IMG/VR virus record: IMGVR_UViG_2909309443_000006
Span: 1-40,283 of that record
Length of the DNA: 40,283 nucleotides
Origin: a virus
Taxonomy: Duplodnaviria > Heunggongvirae > Uroviricota > Caudoviricetes
Reading direction: 5' to 3' (one strand)
Numbering within the stretch: position 1 is the first letter of the stretch; each line of letters begins with the position of its first letter. Positions 28,736 through 36,389 of the stretch are shown one piece after another. The notes beneath the pieces were generated by a model. It saw only the letters and a program-made list of their open reading frames with translations, had not been told where the DNA came from and did not search any database. The position numbers were made by a program, and so were the translations under genes.

Positions 28736-28969
28736 AGATTGAGCCTCAGATTAATGTTAAGCGTCTTGCAGGACGCGTAATGTTAACTGGGGCTTTTCTC
28801 TATCTGCCTTTTGGTGTTCATGCCTGAGGCAGATAGCCTCAAGCACCCGCAGCAATTCTACTTAACTCCCCTTTCACTGCAAACCGTTTTTATCCCCAGC
28901 GGCAAATCGAATACACAACAAGTGCTGCCGCCATTGCAATTCCTGTCGTTGTGAATGCCTCCGGCCAGG

Positions 28970-29392
28970 TCATCGTAAAACATCCTCCGCGCTTATCAGC
29001 CCATTCCGCTCCAGATACCCCATCGCCATATCCGGTAATTTGCAATCTGGTTTCGCTTTTTTCAACTGACTTACCAATTGTTTAACCAGCATTGTCAACT
29101 CTTCCTCATGTGAAAGTGATGCCGGTTGCGCAGCGTACAGGGGTTTTGGCGCAATGGCTGAGTGTTTTGCGTATGCCGCAACAGATTCAGCATTGAACAA
29201 AACCATATTGTGAGCACAGGACCATGCAACTGGCATTGCTTCAAGTGAGGCAAGCGCAATACGGGCAAGCGCAAGATCCATTTCAATGGCAACTCTTGAA
29301 GTCTTAAACACGGTCTGTCGCGCAGCAAATTTCATGGATTTCACACTTTCATTAGCATGAGCAATCAATTGCTCTCTGGTAAATTTCGTCAT
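28970..29392 (-). CDS. Hypothetical nin-region protein
   Basis: 140 aa from ATG at 29392 (ORF track extends to a TTG at 29443). Confidence 0.45.
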   Translation of the reverse strand: MTKFTREQLIAHANESVKSMKFAARQTVFKTSRVAIEMDLALARIALASLEAMPVAWSCAHNMVLFNAESVAAYAKHSAIAPKPLYAAQPASLSHEEELTMLVKQLVSQLKKAKPDCKLPDMAMGYLERNGLISAEDVLR

Positions 29393-29499
29393 ATTTTTCT
29401 CATCCAGTCCTGTCGCTATGCCTGCGCAACCATTACCCCACAATTACATCACAGGGGGTAATGGTTGCAATTCAGTGGCCACCGCGAGATTCACATCAT

Positions 29500-29913
29500 T
29501 CACAATAAATCATAAAAATACACGCAATCACAGACCATAATAAAAGAACTGTTTCGGCCACAATCACAAGACCTTCCCACATTTCTTTTTCCCACACCTC
29601 CTGAAACCAGAGAATCGGCATATCGCCCCCTCTGAAAAACAACCACATGCCCTAGCTTCTCCGCCAGAGCCAGTTCCGCTTTAGCGCCTGCTGACCGCTG
29701 CCAGCCTTGCAGCATGTAAATCGCATCCACGCAACGAATCATCGCCATGCAGATATCCATGTAGTGTGGCTGTGTCAGCCCGTCCGGAAGTACTGCCGGG
29801 TTCAAGACTGTATGCCCTTCCCGTTTCAGTTCCTCTTCCGCCTTGTGGAACGCCTCACGGTTGAAATTTTTATACCCGGTCATCGGACCAGCGATATAAA
29901 CCCTCACCCTCAC
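29500..29913 (-). CDS. DUF4406-like protein (nucleoside 2-deoxyribosyltransferase-like fold)
   Basis: N-terminus MRVRVYIAGPMTGYKNFNREAFHKAEEELK; GTG start with AGGAGGTGA SD overlapping upstream stop. Confidence 0.5.
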   Translation of the reverse strand: MRVRVYIAGPMTGYKNFNREAFHKAEEELKREGHTVLNPAVLPDGLTQPHYMDICMAMIRCVDAIYMLQGWQRSAGAKAELALAEKLGHVVVFQRGRYADSLVSGGVGKRNVGRSCDCGRNSSFIMVCDCVYFYDLL

Positions 29914-30332
29914 GCCATCACCTCCTGAAAATTACCCTGATAAAACGCCAGCACTCGCTGCATAACCTCACTCTTCCGGCACTCGCGACAGATTATGTTC
30001 AGACGCCTGTCGTAACGACGTATTTCTCCGTCGGGTAATGACCAGATAAGGTCAGGATCAACCACAACCGGTTTCTTCACCTTTGCCCTTGATAGTTTTT
30101 TACGGGCATTTTGCCAGTCCTTACGCGCCTGTTCAGACGGGAATAACCCGTAACCAGAGTTGTATACATCGCCGCTGGCAACCAGCTCTCTTGCGAGAAC
30201 GCTCATCAGATATCTTGTCGCACCTGTCTTGACTTCCAGTTGCCGTAACGTCTCACGCCCACTCTGGCGTACGAGTTCAACAACCTGCCCTTTAATTTTT
30301 TCTCGCTCTTCTTGTGTAAAAACTTTTGCCAT
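29910..30332 (-). CDS. Hypothetical protein
   Basis: 140 aa from ATG at 30332 (GGGGAGGG SD); C-terminal CxxC. Confidence 0.45.
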   Translation of the reverse strand: MAKVFTQEEREKIKGQVVELVRQSGRETLRQLEVKTGATRYLMSVLARELVASGDVYNSGYGLFPSEQARKDWQNARKKLSRAKVKKPVVVDPDLIWSLPDGEIRRYDRRLNIICRECRKSEVMQRVLAFYQGNFQEVMA

Positions 30333-30348
30333 AAGCCCTCCCCAGGAA

Positions 30349-31110
30349 TCACTTTTCCGACACAATATGACTGGAGGAATCGAAAATATGTCGAACAATA
30401 TCCCGGTGCTTGTTCAGCTCCCGCAGCGCGGCGCAGACTCGTTCCCACTTCTGGGCATGACTTTTCGCCCGACGCAGTTCGCGGTTTGCCATATGCAGCG
30501 ATGGTAAAACCAGGTCATCCGCTCGCGTTTCAGTAAACGATGGCAGCGACTGCACAATGTCCGCCACAGTTTCTGTTTTAATATCTTCCTGTGTTGCAGC
30601 CTCCTGTACTGGTAACGCAACACATGCAGGCTGAGGAAAGGCTTTACCATCAGTTTCCGCTACCGATGCTGCTTTCGGCTCTGCTGGTAAATTATCGCCC
30701 GGCATGCAGTAACGAAATTTACCGTCCTGATTTGCACGAATCAGGCGTCCTTTGCTGATTGCCATTGCCAGCGTTGAAGCCACTTTGCGTGATGTGGTAC
30801 CAAACAATGTAGCCAGCTCATCAGCCGTTTGTGGTCCGTGTTGTTCAATCGTCGCGGTTAAATCGCACTCTGAGATTTTCGCTACTGTCGCCGTGGAGGT
30901 TTCTTCCGGCAGTTCTGCCTGCGCTGGCTGTTCCTGCTGAACGTTGTTATCAGCCACACGCCAGGTGTACGCGCTTTTATCAACGAAACCAGCCTTTTTC
31001 AGTTCCCATAGTTCGTTCAGCACTTCTTCACGACTGATATCAAGTCGCGCAGCAAGTTCTATGGATGTGGCTTTTCCCATTGCTTTCAGTGCGTCAAAAA
31101 CGGTTTCCAT
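30349..31110 (-). CDS. Hypothetical protein with N-terminal winged-helix-like segment
   Basis: 253 aa; ATG with GGAGGA SD; N-terminal [29 protein letters not shown]. Confidence 0.5.
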   Translation of the reverse strand: METVFDALKAMGKATSIELAARLDISREEVLNELWELKKAGFVDKSAYTWRVADNNVQQEQPAQAELPEETSTATVAKISECDLTATIEQHGPQTADELATLFGTTSRKVASTLAMAISKGRLIRANQDGKFRYCMPGDNLPAEPKAASVAETDGKAFPQPACVALPVQEAATQEDIKTETVADIVQSLPSFTETRADDLVLPSLHMANRELRRAKSHAQKWERVCAALRELNKHRDIVRHIFDSSSHIVSEK

Positions 31111-31131
31111 TAAAATTTCCTCCGGACAAAA

Positions 31132-31878
31132 TTACTTCACAACCCTCAGGTGCCTGACATTCGAACGCCAGCTCTCCCAGTTAAAATTCACCCAGCGACC
31201 ACCGTTCATGACCATGCGGTCCATTACACGCTCACCAAGAAGCGTACTCATCGCTACGTGGTTCAGGTTTGTCAGCATTCCGACACTGCGCATCGAAGCC
31301 GTTCTGCGGTCGACTATCTGGTTCAGCGTGACCTGCTCGTTGCGCGTATCCCGCTGCATTCCGATTTCATCCAGGACAAGCAGGTCAACATCACACAACC
31401 CCTGTAAAAATTTTTCGCCTGAGTTTTTGTTGTCGTAGCTGTTGTGTAACGCCAGCATCACATCAGCCACCGTTATCACAATCACGCTGCGACCTTTCGC
31501 CAGAAGATGATTACCAATGGCGGCTGCAAGGTGGTTCTTTCCGGTACCCGGCTTACCGCTGAACACAAAATTCGTGCACCCGGTCATCAGTTCGTCAGCG
31601 ATGGATTTTGCCTGGCTCAGCGCGTGTTTTTGCCCGTCATTCTGCACCTGATAATTCGCAAACGAGCATTTGCTGTGCAGAGGCTGGATGCCCGAACGAT
31701 TCAGGATTTTTTCCACCCGCAACTGGCGATTCTGGCGGTTGATTTCCTCGCTACGTTTTCGCCCTTCTGCTAGTTGCCACTCGCGCCACTCGTCCACTGT
31801 CCGGTACGGCGCGATTACATGCTGTGGGGCCAGCTTACGGATACGCTCAAGAACACCACCTGCCGCAATGTTTTTCAT
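31132..31878 (-). CDS. Replication protein, DnaC/IstB-like AAA+ helicase loader
   Basis: 248 aa; Walker A GKPGTGKNHLAAAIG, Walker B LLVLDEIG. Confidence 0.85.
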   Translation of the reverse strand: MKNIAAGGVLERIRKLAPQHVIAPYRTVDEWREWQLAEGRKRSEEINRQNRQLRVEKILNRSGIQPLHSKCSFANYQVQNDGQKHALSQAKSIADELMTGCTNFVFSGKPGTGKNHLAAAIGNHLLAKGRSVIVITVADVMLALHNSYDNKNSGEKFLQGLCDVDLLVLDEIGMQRDTRNEQVTLNQIVDRRTASMRSVGMLTNLNHVAMSTLLGERVMDRMVMNGGRWVNFNWESWRSNVRHLRVVK

Positions 31879-31884
31879 GACACG

Positions 31885-32832
31885 TCACCCCCTGAATCCC
31901 GGCGGAATTTCGGTATCCGGCTCAGAAATATGATTCACACAACGCTGTACAGACGAACGCCCCAGGCGGATAACCAGTTCATCCCATTTTTCGCGAAGCT
32001 TTGACGGACTCATGATATTTTTTACCCAAAATGGATCCCGCTGCACCCGACCAAACATTTCACAAATTTGTCTGTGAGTTCTGCCATCCAGCATCCGCAT
32101 TGTGCGCACGTCGTTGGCCCATGCGGTCCAGTTGGGTTCTTTCGGTCGCGAAATCTCGCCATCATCGCTGGCGGCCTGCTCGTAAAGACTCACGATTCGC
32201 CCCCAGATCCACTGCGCACACGCTAAATCTTCCTGGCTACCCCACTGGCGTTTTTTCGCACTGAACACAACCGCGTCAGGGTGTCGGGTTAAAAAATCCT
32301 GTTCAGCCGTCTGCATGTCCGGTTGCGAAGCTTCCGGACGAAAAGATCTTTTATCTGACGGATCAGGTTTTAATACTGACGGATCGGGGCCAACCATCGC
32401 CCCCCTATCCGACTGTTTTTTATCAACGGTTGATCCATCAAAATTTGATGGGTTAACCGTTGAGGGGGCAATATTTGACGGGTCATTTTTTGCCTGGCTA
32501 ATTTTTCTTTTCGGTTTATATGCCTCACGCGCCGCCGCTGCTGCTGCTTCGAGTTTTTCCACATTAAGACGGTAGATATTGCTTTCATTACGCCCACCGA
32601 CCTTACGTTCCTCCTTCGTCAGCCAGCCGTTCTTTTCCAGTTCTGCTATCGCAGCTTTAACCGTTGATTCACTCTTTGCCCCAATCTGACGACGAATGGT
32701 CTCCACTGCAGGCCATGACACACCTTCGTCATTGCTGTAATCTGCAAGGCGAGCCATAACTGCCACCCTGGATAAGATCATGCCGGTGAAGGCACACCCT
32801 TCCCAGACAAGACCATGAAGCTTGCTGCTCAT
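31885..32832 (-). CDS. Replication initiation protein (O-like / YdaU-like)
   Basis: 315 aa immediately upstream of the DnaC-like gene; N-terminal HTH-like region; low-complexity linker. Confidence 0.65.
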   Translation of the reverse strand: MSSKLHGLVWEGCAFTGMILSRVAVMARLADYSNDEGVSWPAVETIRRQIGAKSESTVKAAIAELEKNGWLTKEERKVGGRNESNIYRLNVEKLEAAAAAAREAYKPKRKISQAKNDPSNIAPSTVNPSNFDGSTVDKKQSDRGAMVGPDPSVLKPDPSDKRSFRPEASQPDMQTAEQDFLTRHPDAVVFSAKKRQWGSQEDLACAQWIWGRIVSLYEQAASDDGEISRPKEPNWTAWANDVRTMRMLDGRTHRQICEMFGRVQRDPFWVKNIMSPSKLREKWDELVIRLGRSSVQRCVNHISEPDTEIPPGFRG

Positions 32833-32855
32833 AAAAAACTCCGAACACCGTGCTT

Positions 32856-33281
32856 TTAGTGCATCACCAAGGCATTTCCTGCCGGGCCACCACGATTCAT
32901 CTGATTGAAACCAGCGATCGCCACTGCGACAAAATCATCAGCGTCTCTCACCAGTCGTTCCCGCGTCTCCACCAGCTCCCGAAAATAAGCTGAACTGTGG
33001 CTGCGCATTCTGGCCACCAGCAAAGGTGGCATTGCCTTTTCGATCGCTGGTAACAACGCCTGAATTTTTTCAACTGCATCAGGGGTGTCTTTCTCTACCC
33101 AGCGGAAAATTTTCTGGGTATTACGAGCCAGGGCTTCCGGATGGCTGTCGTCATACAGTTCTGGGAACGTCATACCCAACTCAAAATAAGCCTGGGTTAT
33201 TCCAGCTGCTGGAACTTTTTCGCCATCAGGACGCGCCCAGGCATTCATCGCCATGCGGATGTGTTCATGCTTGATTTTCAT
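32856..33281 (-). CDS. YdaT-like protein (putative CII-type regulator position)
   Basis: 141 aa ORF directly downstream of the cro-like gene, stop/start overlap. Confidence 0.5.
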   Translation of the reverse strand: MKIKHEHIRMAMNAWARPDGEKVPAAGITQAYFELGMTFPELYDDSHPEALARNTQKIFRWVEKDTPDAVEKIQALLPAIEKAMPPLLVARMRSHSSAYFRELVETRERLVRDADDFVAVAIAGFNQMNRGGPAGNALVMH

Positions 33282-33493
33282 GAATCATTCTTTCCTTCGT
33301 TCGAGGTGCTATCCTGCTTCTTGTAAAGTTCTGGGTTGTATTTCAATTCACCGTTAGTAATTTCATCCAGTTCCATTGCGCGAAGTTTGGGAATAACTGC
33401 TTTCCACCGCACAACAGCCACATGTGAAATTCCAAGAGCCTCAGCTACTAGTCGCTTTTTTTTGAAATAGCGCAGAACATCATCTTTGAACAT
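33278..33493 (-). CDS. Cro/DicC-like small repressor
   Basis: 71 aa, AGGAGAG SD, divergent from the repressor gene across an operator-bearing intergenic region; HTH-like AEALGISHVAVVRWK. Confidence 0.75.
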   Translation of the reverse strand: MFKDDVLRYFKKKRLVAEALGISHVAVVRWKAVIPKLRAMELDEITNGELKYNPELYKKQDSTSNEGKNDS

Positions 33494-33522
33494 AAAACTC
33501 TCCTGTTATTTCGAGCAGGAGG

Positions 33523-33536
33523 GTAACAATAGTTAC
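33523..33536. promoter_or_regulatory. Operator half-site pair GTAAC-N4-GTTAC (OR-type)
   Basis: Inverted repeat gtaacaatagttac in the repressor/cro intergenic region. Confidence 0.5.
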
Positions 33537-33570
33537 ATTACAATGTCAACCATAGCAACATCACTTGGTA

Positions 33571-33584
33571 GTAACATTGGTTAC
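33571..33584. promoter_or_regulatory. Operator half-site pair GTAAC-N4-GTTAC (OR-type), abutting the repressor ATG
   Basis: Inverted repeat gtaacattggttac ending one base before ATG 33585. Confidence 0.5.
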
Positions 33585-34259
33585 ATGAAAAACACTATCA
33601 GCGAACGTATTCGGAATCGTCGAAAAGACGTTGGATTAACCCAACAGCAGGTTGCGAAAGCAATCGGCATATCTCGTGTATCCGTAACAAAATGGGAAAA
33701 TGGCTCTTCAAAACCTGACGGTGAGAATTTGCATCTACTGTCAAAATTGCTTTCCAAATCTCCTGAATGGATTCTTTATGGAAAGGACGGTCACGATAAA
33801 ACCGATGATCTGCGTCTGAATCAGTACCTTTACATTAGTGACAACATCGCCCGGTTGCCCGTTTTAACGTGGGAACAGGCTGGTTATTGGGATATGAGTT
33901 GTCCAGTAACCGAGATTCCTGGTATTAAGAATTGGGTTGATGTCATGACAAAAACCGCTGAAAACTCTTTTTTATTGCATGTTGAGGGAGATGCGATGAC
34001 AAACTCTAACGGCCTCCCAACCATCCCCGACGGATCTACCGTGCTGATCACACCATGCTCAAGTAACATTAGAGAACTGGTGGGAAAAATAATCTTAATC
34101 CAATTGGAAGGAACGCCAAACGTAACACTAAAAAAAGTTGCGATTGACGGACCAAACATCTATCTGTTGTCACTGAATCCGCTTTACAAACCCATCGAAC
34201 TGAATGGTGGTTACACCATTAAAGGTAAAGTTTCACAAATACATCAATACTTAGACTGA
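33585..34259 (+). CDS. CI-like prophage repressor (HTH_XRE + S24/LexA-type peptidase domain)
   Basis: N-terminal HTH (LTQQQVAKAIGISRVSVTKWENG); C-terminal S24 motifs (VEGDAMTNSNG, KKV); start uncertain (ATG 33585 or 33543; ORF track starts at TTG 33486). Confidence 0.8.
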   Translation: MKNTISERIRNRRKDVGLTQQQVAKAIGISRVSVTKWENGSSKPDGENLHLLSKLLSKSPEWILYGKDGHDKTDDLRLNQYLYISDNIARLPVLTWEQAGYWDMSCPVTEIPGIKNWVDVMTKTAENSFLLHVEGDAMTNSNGLPTIPDGSTVLITPCSSNIRELVGKIILIQLEGTPNVTLKKVAIDGPNIYLLSLNPLYKPIELNGGYTIKGKVSQIHQYLD

Positions 34260-34266
34260 GTCATAA

Positions 34267-34288
34267 CCCGCATTCATTGCGGGTTTTT
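34267..34288 (+). terminator. Intrinsic terminator after the repressor gene
   Basis: Hairpin CCCGCA-TTCAT-TGCGGG followed by T5. Confidence 0.6.
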
Positions 34289-34321
34289 CACGCCCTCAAA
34301 TGTACTTTTTGCAACATTGCA

Positions 34322-34350
34322 TTGACTCGAAAGGTAACACTTGTTACCTT
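34322..34350 (+). promoter_or_regulatory. Candidate PL-like promoter with embedded operator (GGTAACACTTGTTACC at 34333-34348)
   Basis: TTGACT - 17 nt - TACCTT; spacer and -10 overlap a third copy of the GTAAC-N4-GTTAC motif. Confidence 0.45.
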
Positions 34351-34541
34351 AACAACATACCAACCCACCCCGCCCCACAGAATGCAGGGCAATACTTCGA
34401 GTTACCAGGCAGTGGTCAGGGGGTAAGTAGCCAGCCCGAGGCGTAAGAACATGACGGCAGGGTTCAACTTTAATAACTATGCAGCAGGTTTTTGTTCCGC
34501 CACCCCGGCGTTAAGGGGAAACAGCACCGCGAGGAATCAGT

Positions 34542-34760
34542 ATGCAGAAACGAGAACCCGTCATCATCGCGCCAGACTATACCGATGATGAACTTTATGA
34601 GTGGATGCGCCAGAAAATTAATGCAGCGCAGGATCTGAAATGGGCCAATGAAGCCAGGGCTAAGCAGGCTGAAAATCTGTCCGCTCTGGAGCAGGATATC
34701 ACCAGGCTGGAAAAAGCAGCGGCATTAAGCATTGCCAGAATGATTACATACCCACGTTAA
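34542..34760 (+). CDS. Hypothetical small protein (first gene of dicB-type operon)
   Basis: 72 aa with GAGGAA SD. Confidence 0.5.
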   Translation: MQKREPVIIAPDYTDDELYEWMRQKINAAQDLKWANEARAKQAENLSALEQDITRLEKAAALSIARMITYPR

Positions 34761-34782
34761 TAGCTAACCAACGAGGCTAATA

Positions 34783-35157
34783 ATGGAATTTAAAGATTTA
34801 CCAATGCAATTCCAGGAAATGGCAGCGAATATAGTTCGTTTCCAACTGGCGACTCTTGACCTGAGTACCGTAGAAAAAGAAACCATCGATACTATATCCG
34901 GTAACGTGCGTCGTGCCTTTATCGGTCTGTACGAAGAGAAGCGGCTCTCTGATAGCCAGGATTTACATGAAAAATACTTCCTGGAATTAATGGATATCAT
35001 TGATAAGGGGTTTGGCTTGTTAATGAAAAAGAAAGGGATTCGGATAGAACCCCTTAAGAACCATTTTACTGAGTGCGGCATTAATCCCAGCGATTTAAAC
35101 CATCCCGCCACAGATGGGAGGGTTACAGTTAGCCATGAAATTTCGATTAATCATTAA
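34783..35157 (+). CDS. Hypothetical protein
   Basis: 124 aa ORF with ATG start, same operon orientation. Confidence 0.5.
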   Translation: MEFKDLPMQFQEMAANIVRFQLATLDLSTVEKETIDTISGNVRRAFIGLYEEKRLSDSQDLHEKYFLELMDIIDKGFGLLMKKKGIRIEPLKNHFTECGINPSDLNHPATDGRVTVSHEISINH

Positions 35158-35368
35158 AATCAATTGCACTTTCAATAAGTGATGCCATCTCATTGCATTT
35201 TGTTGAATTCATCTTACGCAATGAGTCACAAATTTCCGCTGGCTTTGATGACGCAGGCAACTTAGCAGCAAGTAGCATAATTGCCGTTTTTATAGCGGTG
35301 AGATCATCCGCAAGTCCAGCAGGAGAAACATCGTGGTTAAACTGGATATTTACATTTTTACTAGTCAT
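35147..35368 (-). CDS. Hypothetical small protein, antisense to the dicB-type operon
   Basis: 73 aa from ATG at 35368 with strong SD (AGGAGGGTGAA); ORF track extends further upstream without a start. Confidence 0.45.
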   Translation of the reverse strand: MTSKNVNIQFNHDVSPAGLADDLTAIKTAIMLLAAKLPASSKPAEICDSLRKMNSTKCNEMASLIESAIDFND

Positions 35369-35700
35369 TTCACCCTCCTGAGGGTTGGTAATTAAGGGGT
35401 TCTCCACGGGTGAGGTGGAGTGCGTGCGCCGGACACGGGTGAGCATCCGGCACTGACAGTTTACTGAAAGGGCATTTTCCTGAAAAGTCAGGGCATAACG
35501 CGAAAGCGCACGGCGAGGTAGTTGGTTCATAGATAGCCTGTCGTTAAATTTTCGTCGACCGTGCGCTTCCGGTTGTGGCACTCCGCGAAATGGCGCGGCG
35601 GTAAGTATGGCGGGGTTATTCCTCCCCCATTGAGACACCGGGTTGTCAGGTTGACCATGCGCTTAAGTGACAACCCCGCTGCAACGCCCTCTGTTATCAA

Positions 35701-35759
35701 TTTTCTGGTGGCGTTTGGCGGTATCAGTTTTACTCCGTGACTGCTCTGCCGTCCTTTTT
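35701..35759 (+). ncRNA. dicF: DicF-like small RNA (antisense regulator of ftsZ in Qin-type prophages)
   Basis: uuucuggugg cguuuggcgg uaucaguuuu acuccgugac ugcucugccg uccuuuuu, ending in a U-run, about 160 nt upstream of dicB; matches K-12 DicF as remembered. Confidence 0.65.
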
Positions 35760-35764
35760 AAAGT

Positions 35765-35902
35765 GAATTTTGTGATGCGGTGAATGCGGCTAAGCGCACG
35801 CGGAACAGTTAAAACCAAGTTATGGGTGGGGTTCTGTATCCGGCGTTAATTGTTAACTGGTTAACGTCACCTGGAGGCACCAGGCACCGCATCACAAAAT
35901 TC
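35765..35902. repeat. Perfect 18 bp inverted repeat pair (35765-35782 and 35885-35902) bracketing a 102 nt spacer between dicF and dicB
   Basis: GAATTTTGTGATGCGGTG and its exact reverse complement; right arm ends 8 nt before the dicB SD. Confidence 0.8.
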
Positions 35903-35920
35903 ATTGTTGAGGGTGCGATA

Positions 35921-36109
35921 ATGAAAACGTTATTACCAAACGTTAATACGTCTGAAGGTTGTTTTGAAATTGGTGTCAAAATCAGTAACCCAGTATTTAC
36001 TGAAGATGCCATTAATAAGAGAAAACACGAACGGGAGTTATTAAATCAAATATGCATTGTTTCGATGCTGGCCCGTTTACGTCTGATGCAAAAAGGATAC
36101 TGGCAATGA
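35921..36109 (+). CDS. dicB: Cell division inhibitor DicB
   Basis: 62 aa MKTLLPNVNTSEGCFEIGVKISNPVFTEDAINKRKHERELLNQICIVSMLARLRLMQKGYWQ; GAGGGTG SD. Confidence 0.8.
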   Translation: MKTLLPNVNTSEGCFEIGVKISNPVFTEDAINKRKHERELLNQICIVSMLARLRLMQKGYWQ

Positions 36110-36309
36110 ATATCACATTTGCACTTGTTCTGACGGTTTTTCTTGTTTCCGGTGAACCGGTTGACATGGTTACTGGCGTATACGGCTCAATGAAAGAATG
36201 CATGGTTGCCGCAGTGGAGCAGAAAATTCCCGGTAACTGTTATCCGGTCGATAAAGTTATTCACCAGGATAATAACGAAATCCCGGCAGGACTTAAAACA
36301 GCACCGTAA
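36106..36309 (+). CDS. Small protein with N-terminal hydrophobic segment (YdfD-like position)
   Basis: 67 aa; ATG overlaps dicB stop (ATGA); hydrophobic N-terminus ITFALVLTVFLV. Confidence 0.5.
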   Translation: MNITFALVLTVFLVSGEPVDMVTGVYGSMKECMVAAVEQKIPGNCYPVDKVIHQDNNEIPAGLKTAP

Positions 36310-36389
36310 TTAATATCCGGTTTCATTTTTATATGCCAGCAATGGCAGGGATTTGTTCATCCTTAAATCTGTAATGAGGTTAAAACAAA

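Noticed and set aside
34542-34760. N-like antiterminator as first gene after the PL-like promoter
   Set aside because: The 72 aa product lacks the Arg-rich N-terminal motif of N proteins; Qin/Rac-type prophages have no N here.
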